The position numbers and the translations under genes are program-made. From Mobula hypostoma (Eukaryota): a stretch of DNA of 64,000 nt. Positions within the stretch are counted from its first letter, which is position 1. Each line of letters starts with the position of its first letter. Shown in pieces: positions 52,860 to 64,000 of this stretch. Location: the NCBI RefSeq assembly GCF_963921235.1, contig NC_086109.1, forward strand, positions 36,768,001 through 36,832,000. Direction: 5' to 3'. The notes under the pieces are model-generated. The model had not been told where the DNA came from and ran no database searches. It was given only the letters and a program-made list of their open reading frames with translations.

Positions 52860-53275
52860 TAAGACCATAAGAGCATAAGACATAGGAGCAGAATTAGGCC
52901 ATTCAGCCCATTGAGTCTTCTCCGCCATTCCATCATGGCCGATCCTGGATCCCACTCAACTCCACACACCTGCCTTCTCTCCATATCCTTTGATGCCCTG
53001 ACCAAACAGGAAACGATCAACATCAGCCTTTAATATACCCACATATTTAGCTTCCACTGCAGCCTGTCGCAGAGCATTCCACAAATTCACTACTCTATGG
53101 CTAAAAAAACTTCCTCCTTACCTCTGTTCTAAAAGGTTGTCACTCAATTTTGAGTCTGTGCCCTCTAGTTCTGGATACCCCACCACAGGAAACATCCTCA
53201 CCACATCCACCTTATGTAGACCTTTCAACATTTGGTCGGTTTCAATGAGATCCCCCTGCTTTCTTCTAAATTCAG
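52860..53275 (-). mobile_element. CR1 3' end
   Basis: CATAAGACATAGGAGCAGAATTAGGCCATTC tail and ORF2 C-terminal relic. Confidence 0.8.
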
Positions 53276-54275
53276 TAATATCTCAGTGTAGAGTCACAGC
53301 CCTGGTATAGAAATATTCAAAAAGTTAAAAAATTACTTTAGATAATTAAAATAGTGGAAATATTTTTAAAATATATAATTAATTAAAACATAAATAAATA
53401 TCATAACGATCATGTAAATTATATAAAATAACTAAAATTATCCTAGGTATATTTTCTTATACGACGATAAGGCCAAAAATCTTATTTTCTACTTATTTTT
53501 ACAATTTCAGTGAAGTTTACAAATTAATAGATTTATGAGGCTCGTATGTTCAGTCCTGCTCTTTACTGTCAGTTTGAAGTACTAGTCAAATTTTGGTCAG
53601 ATTTAAATATTTATGAATTATAAATTTTGGAAAGAAGCACAAATTCAATTGAATTGATTGAGTAAGATTATTCAATATTGGAAGTAACATTGAACTTGGT
53701 TCATATTTCTATGTTGCATATATTGCTGACAGTCTAATATGTTTGCATAAAGCAAAATAGAAAAAGTTGCAAATACAAAACAAAACTGCAGATGCAGTAG
53801 GTCTGAAATCAGAAAATGCTCAACAGATTAGCATGCATCTGTGGAAAGAGGAAAAGAGATTGATGGCTATTTGTCACACTTCAACTTCAACCTGAAATGT
53901 AAGACTATTACTTTTTCCACAAACTTGATCTAATGCGCTGATCATCATCAACATTTCTGGTTTTAGTTCAAAGTAAAATATCATTTTCAAGTTCAGGTTG
54001 AAGTTCAAGTTTAAATGTCATTCAACCATACACATATATACAGCTGAACGTAACAGTGTTCCTCTGAGGCCAAGGTTCAAAACACAGACACAGCATACAA
54101 CATATATATTTACCATAGCACATACAGTCAAAAAAATATTTGCAATATTCCCTGAGTAGCTTTGAGATTGATGATGCATAGGATGTTATCCTGGAGCCTT
54201 AAGACTGATGATGCATAGGAGGCTATCCTGGAGGCAGGTTTCTACTAAACCAAGGGCACAGCAGTTCTTCACCTT

Positions 54276-54406
54276 CAAACAAGAGAAAATCTGCAGATGC
54301 TGGAAATCCAAGCAACACACACAAAATGCTGGAGGAATTCAGCAGGCCAGGCAGCATCTATGGAAAACAGTACGGTTGATGTTTCGGGCTAAAACCCTCC
54401 AACAGG
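54276..54406 (-). mobile_element. Penelope terminal insertion
   Basis: 10-bp TSD TCTTCACCTT at 54266-54275 and 54407-54416. Ends at the hammerhead edge. Confidence 0.8.
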
Positions 54407-56518
54407 TCTTCACCTTGTGCTCTCAGCCTCAGCAAAGAGAACAAACACTGGATAGCAGTACCAAAAGAAGAGCCGGCCTGCAGGAGCCAACCCCAATCCA
54501 GCACCTATTCCAGCATGCCCACCATTCCTCTGTTGTCTCCCACACTGCCCCCAGTGCCTCCTTCCTGGGTGCTGTAAAGGGCAACAACATGGCATGAGGG
54601 CCTTTTTCCTTTGAAGGCATGTTTTACTTGTGGCGATCCTGCAGGAGAGTAGGATGCAGAAAAAGGAAAGGTTTGAACTTAAACAGAACTTCTCATGACC
54701 TCAAGAGACCTAAAGCCATCTATAACCATGAAGTACCTTTTTGAACGGAGATATTATTAAATTTAGAAACATATCAGCCAATGTGCACCCAACACTTTTT
54801 AAACAAGCCACAATGTACGTATAATATTTAAGAGACATTTGGACAGTGATATGGGTCAGTGATACGGTCAAAGGCCAAACATAGGCAAATGGAACTAGCT
54901 TAGATGGTAACCTTGGTGGAAATGTACCAGTTATGCAGAAGGGTCGATTTCCATGTTCTATCACCATAACATATAAGCAGATACATACCATGTTTTAATT
55001 GCACAGTTTGTGACATAATTGTTGACCTATCAAAGGTAACTTTCCTTTTTTTTCTAATTTTTATACAGTTGAGACCTCCATTTAATGTCAAGGATTAACC
55101 TTGCCTTTAGTTGACGGTTCCACAGTTAGAATCAGCACTGATTGCCTGAGAGTGTCTAGGTGTACACAGCCCATCAGTTTTCTACCAATACTGAACTATG
55201 AATGAAGAAGCAACCTATACATTTGAATTGCTTGCCGACCTTACAAAGAGTCGGGAACAGATTTAATATCACTAGCATATGTTGTGCAATTTGTTGGCTT
55301 TGAGGCAGCAGTACAATGCAACACATAGTAATAGAGAAAAATTTGTGAATTTCAGTTAATATATATATTAAATAGTGAAATTAAAGAAGTAGTGCAAAAA
55401 TTGAAATAAAATTAGTGAAATAATGTTCATAGGTTCAATGTACATTCTGAAATCAGCTAGTAGATGGGAAGAAGCTGTTGCTCAATCGTTCAATGTGTAT
55501 CACCACACTTCTGTACCTCCTTCCTGATAGTAACAGTAAGAGCAAGACCTGGGTGATGAAAACCCTTAATGATGGTTCACTTATTTCACTTTTTCTTCGT
55601 ATTTTGATTATTTGCCAGTGTTTCAGACTGACAAGCGATTTTATTTGATTGCAATCTATCACTGCATTGCAATTGCTTAAATCTACTTAAATAGTTTCTA
55701 AATGTCTCATTCATGGTGATTTAAAAACACTTCCAAAAGTCTTTAAAGCACAAGTTATCTAGGGTAACCATGGCATCCCAGAGGCATTGTGTGAGGAATG
55801 GACTCAGATTCCTTGGCTTTCCCACACTGAGCAGTGCGGTCCATCTCATAGCATGCTTCCTAGTCTAGAGGGTCTGCTTGACTGCCCCCCTATATCTGGA
55901 GCAGATCAGTGCAGCCACATGACTGGTGAGAGATGCCAGTGGGCAACATGTAAGACAGAACAGATGTGATACTCCTGTCATTCCATGAAAGGTCAGCCTA
56001 GATTTTTGTCTCACAAACTTCTAACACTGATACAAAACTTTTCATTTTTATTTGGTAATGTGCATAGCCCATCAATTCACAGCGAACATGGGCAAGATTT
56101 AATGTCCATCCCTAACTATGCTTCTAAATACAGCGTGAACTACCTTCTTAATCAGCTGCAGTCCTGCTGATGAGGTTACCTCTGTTAGGGTAAGCAGTTT
56201 CAGGGTGGTGAAGATTCAGCAACATGTTTCAAGTAAGTACACTGTGTGGCTTGGAAATAGAATTTCTTTGTCATAGAAGGCAGCAAAGGTTTCACAAGTT
56301 ACTATAACATGCAGGCGTAATGTAGTATAATGAACCAGCATATGGTACTGTTTGCAGGAAATTCACAGGAGCCACAGTATCCCAGTCCTGCAGGGGGTGG
56401 ATGTTGTGAAGTATGCAGGTTGAAGGATTGTGACATCAATCAGCTAATCATTTTGGAGCTCAGTGCTTTAATATCCTCTTTGAAATTTGCATAGCTGAAG
56501 ACATATTCAGTTGCAGTG

Positions 56519-56712
56519 ACAAGAGAAAATCTGCAGATGCTGGAAATCAAAGTAACACTCATAGAATGCTGGAGGAATTCCCAGGCCAGGCAGCATCTAT
56601 GTTTCAGACCTAGTCCTGATGAAAAGCCTCAGCCTGAAATGTCGACTGCTTACTCTTTTCCTTCGTTCTACCTGGCCTGCTGAGTTCCTCCAGCACTTTG
56701 TGTGTATTACTT
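56519..56712. mobile_element. Penelope-derived palindromic insertion with a plus-strand hammerhead motif (56612-56647)
   Basis: Inverted arms GCTGGAGGAATTC.CAGGCCAGG / CCTGGCCTGCTGAGTTCCTCCAGC, and AGTC-CTGATGA...GAAAT-GTC-GACT. Confidence 0.75.
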
Positions 56713-56994
56713 TAGTAAAAGGGAGGAGTTTCTACTTGTGATAGTCATAGGACCTAATTTTATTTCATGAAGTTATTTAAAACTAGAGAGATGTTCCAGA
56801 TGTTGCAGGATCTCAAGGTTTCAAGGCTTCAGCATAAATCAGTTATTCACCAACTTGAGGAACGAGTCTTCTCTCTGACAAACAACATCTCTGCACAATT
56901 AAGTAGATTGCACGCAAAACAGTACAAACTGCTCAAAGAAGGAGAGGGAATGGTGGAGAAAAAGGAGGGAAGAAAAACAATAGGAATCCATAAG

Positions 56995-57089
56995 AACACA
57001 CATCAAAGTTGCTGGTGAACGCAGCAGGCCAGGCAGCATCTCTAAGAAGCGGTGCAGTCGACGTTTCAGGCCAAGACCCTTCGTCAGGA
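56995..57089 (-). mobile_element. Penelope terminal insertion with an intact hammerhead core on the minus strand
   Basis: Minus strand reads CTGACGA-AGGGTCTTGGCCT-GAAAC-GTC-GACT. Flanking AATCCATAAG at 56985-56994 and 57096-57105. Confidence 0.75.
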
Positions 57090-57504
57090 ATCCATAATCC
57101 ATAAGTACATGGGATACATATCCTTTCTCTAGCTTAGTGATGAATTCAATTGTTTGTTTTCCGAGGAGCATAACCTTCCTAAAAACTGCCACCTCCAACC
57201 AGAAACATAGCTCCAGCGTAGGCCATGAATGGCATGGCTTGCACCTGTTAAGGGTCCCCTAAACTTGAACTTCTAGGCTTCTCATTCATTTCCAGGCTGG
57301 CTTTGCAGATATTTACAAATAGCATCATTTATACTGAGAAATCTCATTGATGATGTACACTTCCCTCTGCAGTCACTACTAATCACTTGTGAGCTGTATT
57401 CCATTTCCTTAAAAGAAATAACTTGTATGTGGATACAGGCAGATTGAAGTCCAATATTCTTTGATATGCCTTGATGCCTTAATTACTCTAATTACTCTAT
57501 GCCA

Positions 57505-60500
57505 GAATTGGCCTATTCAGTCTGCTCCACCAATCAATCATGACCGATCCTTTCTTTGCCCAACTCCCCAGCCTTCTCCCTGTAACCTTTCATACTGTGG
57601 CCAATCAAGAACTGACTAATCACCACCTTAAATGACCTGGCCTCCAAACTGCCTGTGGTTACAAATTCCACAATTCACCACCCACTAGCTAAAGAAATTT
57701 CATCACATCTCTGTTTTAAAAGGACACTCCTCTATCGTAAGGATGTGCCCTCTTGTACTAGACTCCCCCACCATGGGAAATATCCTTTCCACATCTACTC
57801 TGTACAAGCCTTTCAACATTCAAAAGGTTTCAATGAGATCCCCCTTCATCCTTCTAAATTCTAGTGAGTACAGATCCAGAGCCATCAGACGTTCCTCATA
57901 TGATAACCCTTTCATTTCTGAAATCCTCTGAACTCTCTCTAATGCCTGCACATCTTTTCTTAGATAAGGAGACTAAAATTGTTCACAGTACTCAAGGTGA
58001 AGCCTCACCAATGCCTTATAAAGCAGTAGCAAAATATCCCTGCACTTCTATTCTAGACCTCCTAAAATGAATGCTAACATTGCATTTGCCTTATCAACAC
58101 CGACTCAACCTGCAAGTTAACCTTTAAAGTGTTCTGCACAAGGACTCCCTAGTCCCTTTGCATCTCAGATTTTAGGATTTACTCCCTGTCTAGAAAATGG
58201 TCTGTACATTTACTTCTACTGCCAAAGTGCATGACCATGCTTTTTTCAACAGTATTTTATTTGCCACTTTCTTGCCCATTCTCCTAATCTGTCTAAGTGC
58301 TTCTGCAGCCTTCCTGTTTTCTCAACACTACCTGTCCCTCCACCAATCTTCATATCATCTGCAAACTTGGCAACAAAGTCATCTATTCCAACATCTGAAT
58401 CATTAATATGCAAGAATAAAAGAAGTGGTCCCAACACCAACCCCTGCCGTACACCACTTGTCACTGGCAGCCAAGCAGAAAAGAATCCTTTTATTCTCAC
58501 TCACTGCCTGCTGCCAATCAGCCAATGCTCTAACTATGCTAATAACTTTCCTGTAATACCATGGGTTCTTCACTTGGTAAGCAGCCTCATGAGTGGCACA
58601 TTGTCAAAGGCCTTCTGAAAGTCAAAATATACAACATCCACTGCATCCCCTTTATCTATCATACTTGTACTCTACTCAAAGAATTACAACAGGTTCATCA
58701 AGGAAGATTTTCCTTAAGGAAACCATGCTGACTTTGTCCAATCTTGTCCTGTGTCACCATGTACTCCATAATCGCATCCTTAACAATTGACTCCAATATC
58801 TTCACAACCACTGAGGTCAGGCTAACTGGTCTATAATTTCCTTTCAGCTCCCTCCCTCCTTTCTTAAAGATTCTAGTGATATTTGCAATTTTCCAGTCCT
58901 GAGTCCAATGATGCTTGAAAGATCATTACTAATGCCTCCACAAACTCTACCACTGCCTCTTTCTGAACCTTGGGGTACAGGTCATCTGGTCTGAGTGACT
59001 TATGAACTTTTAGGTCTTCCAGCTCCTTGAGCACCTTCTCCCTTGTAATAGTAACTGCACTCATTTCTCTTCCCTCACACTTTTCAACAAATGTCACACT
59101 GCTAGTGTCTTCCACATTGAAGACTGATGCAAAATATTCACTTAGTTCACCTGTCACCTCCTTGTCTCCCATTATTTCTTTCTCTGGCCTCATTTCCTAG
59201 CGGTCCATCTCTCTTTTATTTTTATATACTTGAGAAAGCATATTCACTTCTCCTTCATATTGTTTGCTAGCTTGCTTTCATATTTCATATTTTCCCTCCT
59301 AATGATTCTTTTAGTTGCTTTCTGTAGGCTTTTAAAAGCTTTCCAATCCTCTATCTTCTCACCGGTTTTTGCTTTATTGTATGCCCTCCCTTTTGCTTTT
59401 ACATTAGCTTTGACTTCCCTTGTCAGCCACGGTTGTATTATTTGCCATTTGAGTATTTCTTTGTGTTTGGAATACATCTATCCTGTACCTTCCTCATTTT
59501 TTCCCAGAAACTCAAGCCCTCAAGCCATTGCTGTTCTGCTGTCATCCCTGCCAGCATTTCCTCCAATTTACTTTGGTCAACTCCTCTCTCATACCACTGT
59601 AATTTCCTTTACTCCACTGAAATACTGCTATGTCAGGCTATACTTTCTCCTTATCAAATTTCAAGTTGAACTCAGCATATTGTGATCACAGTCTTTTCAG
59701 GATTCCTTTACCTTAAGCTTCCTAATCACCTCTGGTTCATTACATAACATGCAATCCAGTACAGCTGATCCCATGTAAACTCAACTACAAACTACTCTAA
59801 AAGGCCATTTCGTGGGCGTTCAACAAATTCATTCTTTTGAAATCCATTACCAACCTGATTTTCCCAATCAACTAGCATGTTAAAATCTCCAGGCAACACA
59901 CATCAAAGTTGCTGGTGAACGCAGCAGGCCAAGCAGCATCTATAGGAAGAGGCGCAGTCGACGTTTCAGGCCGAGACCCTTCGTCAGGATCTCGGCCTGA
60001 AACGTCGACTGCGCCTCTTCCTATAGATGCTGCTTGGCCTGCTGCGTTCACCAGCAACTTTGATGTGTGTTGCTTGAATTTCCAGCATCTGCAGAATTCC
60101 TGTTGTTTGTGTTAAAATCTCCCATGACTGTCATAGCATTGCCCCTTTGGCATGGCTTTTCTGTTTCCCATTGTACGGCCCAGATTTGTGCCGTATCTTC
60201 CAAATATCTGGACCTGCCTTTCGTTTTATTTTTGCACTACCTTACTTTCCCTTTTCTATTTTCTATTTATGATTTATAATTTAAATTTTTAATATTTACT
60301 ATTGATTTGTAATCCAGGGCGCACGAAGCGCAGAATCAAATATCGCTGTGAGGATTGTACGCTCTAGTATCAATTGTTTGGTGACAATAAAGTAAAGTAG
60401 TCTGAAGGCCACATCTCAGCTACTATTTATAGGCCTGTATATAGCTGCCATCAGGGTCATTTTACCTTTGCAATTTCTTAACTCAACCCACAAGGATTCA

Positions 60501-61030
60501 ACATCTTCCAATCCTACATCACATCTTTCTATTGTTGTACTGTGGAGAGCATTCTGATAGGCTGCAACACTATTTGGTATAGAGGTGCTACTGCACAGGA
60601 CCGAAAGAAGCTGCAGAAAGTTGTAAATCTAGTCAACTCCATCTTGGGTACTAACCTACAAAGTACCCAAGACATCTTCAGGGAGCGGTGTCTCAGAAAG
60701 GCAGCAACCATTATTAAGGACCTCCAGCATCCAGGGCATTTTCTCACTGTTACCATCAGGTAGGAAATACAGAAGCCTGAAAGCACACACTCAGTGATTC
60801 GGAAACAGCTTCTTCCCCTCTGCCATCTGATTCCTAAATGGACATTGAATCTTTGGACACTACTTCACTTTTTTTTAATATACAGTATTTCTGCTTTTGC
60901 ACGTTCGTCCAGTTTATTTCTTATATTCTGTGCATTGATATATAACACTTTGAGTACTGTATTCGTTACCCTTTTTGATTCTGCATCCCTATTGCACTGA
61001 GATTCACTCTGCTGGCTGCAATTTTGTCCT
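57505..61030 (-). mobile_element. Degenerate CR1 ORF2 (EN start to 3' UTR) with nested Penelope and Rex-type pieces (about 60175-60400 and 60535-60900)
   Basis: LKVLYINAQNIRNKLDE, QPWLTREVK and VTSGVRQGLVLGPLL...VAKFADDMKIGG. Confidence 0.85.
59891..60109. mobile_element. Penelope-derived perfect palindrome
   Basis: 13-bp TSD TGTTAAAATCTCC at 59878-59890 and 60110-60122. Perfect 84-bp arms at 59893-59976 and 59990-60073 around a 13-nt spacer. Confidence 0.9.
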
Positions 61031-61420
61031 ATCATCTGCACTTCCTGCAGACTGCAAGCCCTTCCTTTGGTACAGGTCATACCTCACCGTGAAGAGATCC
61101 CAATAGCCCAGGAACCTGAAGCACTGCTCCCTGCTTCAGGAGGAGGAAGAGGAAATGATGCAATTTTTCTGGCTGAGTGCTTTGGTGAAGGGTTTTGCAA
61201 AAATAATACCATTTACAGTTTGTAAAGGAAAAGGCAGGGTTGGATGAGGTAAAGTTGGATGAGAGGACGACTGAGCTGAAGATAATACTTTATTCCCAAT
61301 CCTGGCCACAGGGCAAGTAAAAGCTGTTCCTATAATAGTGCATACTATGGGGAGATTCAGCTGATCAAGTTGTGTCTGTCACCACCTGTTAGCTGTGTTT
61401 AAATGCTGCTTTTTCCTACT

Positions 61421-61975
61421 TAAGAACACAAGAAATAAGAGCAGGAGTAGGCCATCTGGCCCGTTGAGCCTGCTCTACCATTCAATAAGATCATGGCTGA
61501 TCTGGCCATGGACTCATCTTCACGTACCTGCCTTTTCCCCATAACCCTTAATTCCCCAACTATGCAAGAACCTATCCAATTTTGTCTTAAGTATATTGAC
61601 TGAGGTATCCTCCACTGCTTCATTGGGCAGATTAATCCATCGATTCACCACACTCTGGGAAAAGCAGTTCCTTCTCATCTACTCCCCCAAATCTTGAGGC
61701 TATCATCTACTCCCTCAAATCTTGAGGCTACGTTCCTTAGTTCTAATCGCACCTACCAGTGGAAACAACTTTTCTGCCTCTATCTTATCTATCCCTTTGA
61801 TAATTATTTCTCCTCATAGTCTAACCCTTTATCTTGAATCAACCTGGTGCACCTCTCCTGCACCGCCTCCAAAGCCAGGATATCCTCCCTCAAGTAAGGA
61901 GACCAGAACTGCACACAGTACACCAGGTGCAGCCTCACCAGTACCCTGCACAGTTGCAGCATAACCTCCCTGCTC
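61421..61975 (-). mobile_element. CR1 3' end
   Basis: SREVMLQLCRVLVRLHLVYCVQFWSPYL plus 3' UTR tail. Confidence 0.8.
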
Positions 61976-62324
61976 TTTGTTAAGTTAATTTTGGTTCTAT
62001 GTTTGACATTTTTCATCAGGTCTGCTCCTGTTGTGTATTGTTACCACCCTTGGGTGTCAGAGGATAGCATTCATCTTACAACCTAATTTCTGTCATAGTT
62101 GCTACATTTCATAGATTTTACACTACATGAACAGATCATATGCCTTAATTAATCCTCATGTTTATTTCCACTTAGCCCCCTTCTACTTTATCTTACCCTT
62201 CAGCACTTCTATGTGTTGTAACCATTACACGCAGAGTTCTGCATGCTTATCACTCTTTAGGCAGTACAATTTCTTCTGAATTATTTATTTGAATTATTGG
62301 TTTCTAACTTACATTTATTTTAAG

Positions 62325-62545
62325 CACAAGAGAATCTGCAGATGCTGGAAATCTAGAGCAGCACACAGAAACTGCTGGAGGAACTCAGCAGGTCAGGCAG
62401 CATCAATGGAAATGACTAAACAGTTGATGTTTCGGGCTGAGACTCTTCTTCAAGGCTCAACTGGATTTCAGGTCTCAGCCCGAAAACATCGACTGTTTAT
62501 TCATTTCCATAGATGCTGCTTGACTTGTTGAGTTCCTGGTACATT
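62325..62545. mobile_element. Penelope-derived palindromic insertion (older)
   Basis: Arms GATGTTTCGGGCTGAGAC / GTCTCAGCCCGAAAACATC, extending about 70 bp with mismatches. Confidence 0.75.
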
Positions 62546-62560
62546 TTTGACGCTAGTTTT

Positions 62561-62563
62561 TAT

Positions 62564-62610
<47 letters not shown>
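62561..62610. repeat. Compound (CA)n(TA)n microsatellite
   Basis: Directly visible. Confidence 0.9.
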
Positions 62611-63366
62611 AAAGCTTCCATTTCTTGGATGTGCAATCCATATCTGACCACCTCTCAGTGTTATTCAACCCTTTGAAATGAGCCCCAAACTATTTGGACT
62701 TCGGAAAGAGTTAAACCCTCTTGTTCTGTGATCTCCTTTCCATTCCTACACAATTTGCAGAGTATCTATATCCCTGTCCTTCCATAGAGTCCTAACCTGT
62801 GCATTGTATACAAATTCTATTTAATTTTATCATGACTTATTAATTAAATTCGTCTAATAACCAACTCCAATCCTTCACCTGTATTTTAGCTAAGCTATGT
62901 TGTGGCTTCTAATAATTTATGAAGCTGGACTACAGGGATCTTCTGTTTCTCTAAGCATTTTCTAAAGATTAGATGCCTATCTTATTCTCTTACCAAAATG
63001 TATGACTTAAATTAGTCCTCTGTTACTTATGCATATTTTCAGAAAGATTATTGATGTTTCCTTTTAATTTTTTCACAGTCTCTCAATTTTTCCGATAATC
63101 TCTGTAGTCATCCTCAGATTTTGATACTGCTCTTCAGATTCAGATTTATTTATCACATGTACATTGAAATATACAGTTAAATGTATCCATGTTAATAACC
63201 ATCACACCCAGGGATGTGCTGGCAGCCTGCAGGTGTTGCCATACATTCTGGCATCAACATAGCATCTCTAGCTCCAAACCAAATTTGTTATAGCAAATAT
63301 TTGGCAATACTATTTACTGTGGGACATTCCTTCTTAAATTCCGTCAGGGTATCCCTCTCAACAGTA

Positions 63367-63660
63367 CACACAAAATGCTGGAGGAACTCAGCAGGCCAGG
63401 CAGCAGCTAAGGAAAAGAGAACTTTTGACATTTCAGGCTGAGGCCCTTATTCAGGACTGGAAGATTTAAAATTCTTCAGGGTAGACATCCCTCGAACAGA
63501 CTTTGCAGTGTATTAGTTCAATCACAAACAAGAGAAAATCTGTATTTGCTGGAAATCCAAGCAACACACGCAAAGTGCTGGAGGAACTCAACAGGCCAGG
63601 CAGCATCTATGGAAAGGAGTAAACAGTCAATGTTTCGGGCCAAGACGCTTCATCAGGACT
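63367..63660 (-). mobile_element. Two adjacent Penelope terminal fragments (63367-63462 and 63523-63660)
   Basis: Both carry GCTGGAGGAACTCA.CAGGCCAGGCAGCA and end at TCAGGACT. The second has minus-strand AGTC-CTGATGA...GAAAC-ATT-GACT. Confidence 0.75.
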
Positions 63661-63789
63661 AGTATCCTTCTCCTTTTTTCCTGTTTTTTTTTGCTGAAGA
63701 TTCAGACTGTATCTTCACAAATCCTTACATATCACAATGCAGAATGAGACCATAGGCCTATGAGGCCCACAGAACAATGACTTCAACAG

Positions 63790-63970
63790 CCCAGTAACTT
63801 AATTTTTCTTGCCTGCCAATTAACTTCCCTTTCAATCTTTGATGATTCTGAGGAAACTAGATTACCTGGGAGAAATACATGGTCACTGGGAAACTATACA
63901 AGCTCTACACTCTCATCACCTGAAGTCAGGATTGAACTTGGATTGCTGGTGTGAGACAGCAGCTCAAACA
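63790..63970 (-). mobile_element. V-SINE (HE1-like) head and V-domain fragment
   Basis: GAGGAAACTAGATTACCTGGGAGAAA...GGTCACTGGGA...CAGGATTGAACTTGG (reverse-complement B box). Confidence 0.55.
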
Positions 63971-64000
63971 TCTGGATTCCCCTGATGTACAAATCCATAT

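Noticed and set aside
59872..60115. Identical peptides on both strands (MLVNAAGQAAS...)
   Set aside because: Artefact of the DNA palindrome.
61676..61730. Short tandem duplications (also about 45260-45298 and 54166-54233)
   Set aside because: Local slippage or repair duplications inside dead repeats.

Overview
Eukaryotic, AT-rich and densely filled with transposable elements. I could not support any host protein-coding exon. The repeat content (CR1 LINEs, HE1/V-SINEs, Deu-domain SINEs, Rex1/Babar-type LINEs, L1, Penelope-like elements) suggests a cartilaginous fish, probably a ray or skate; this is inference from recalled family sequences, not a search. Main structures: (1) an intact-ended, non-autonomous Gmr1-like Gypsy LTR element (27675-32497). 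It has 844-bp LTRs, an AGTG TSD, a tRNA-Pro PBS, and a Gag-protease frame followed by collapsed INT/RT relics. It sits inside the integrase of an env-less class I-like ERV relic (about 26493-34278). (2) A near full-length CR1 (about 35760-46771) hosting a full-length antisense L1, a solo LTR and a Rex-type fragment. (3) About ten Penelope-derived pieces, most carrying an intact or decayed minimal hammerhead-ribozyme motif. Several form long fold-back palindromes, several have 10-15 bp TSDs, and most end at the hammerhead. (4) A composite TA-flanked DNA element whose ends are two inverted 67-bp mini-MITEs. (5) A tRNA-head/RTE-tail SINE and a short internally deleted RTE. An identical 19-mer with an RFX X-box-like core occurs twice in unique sequence.
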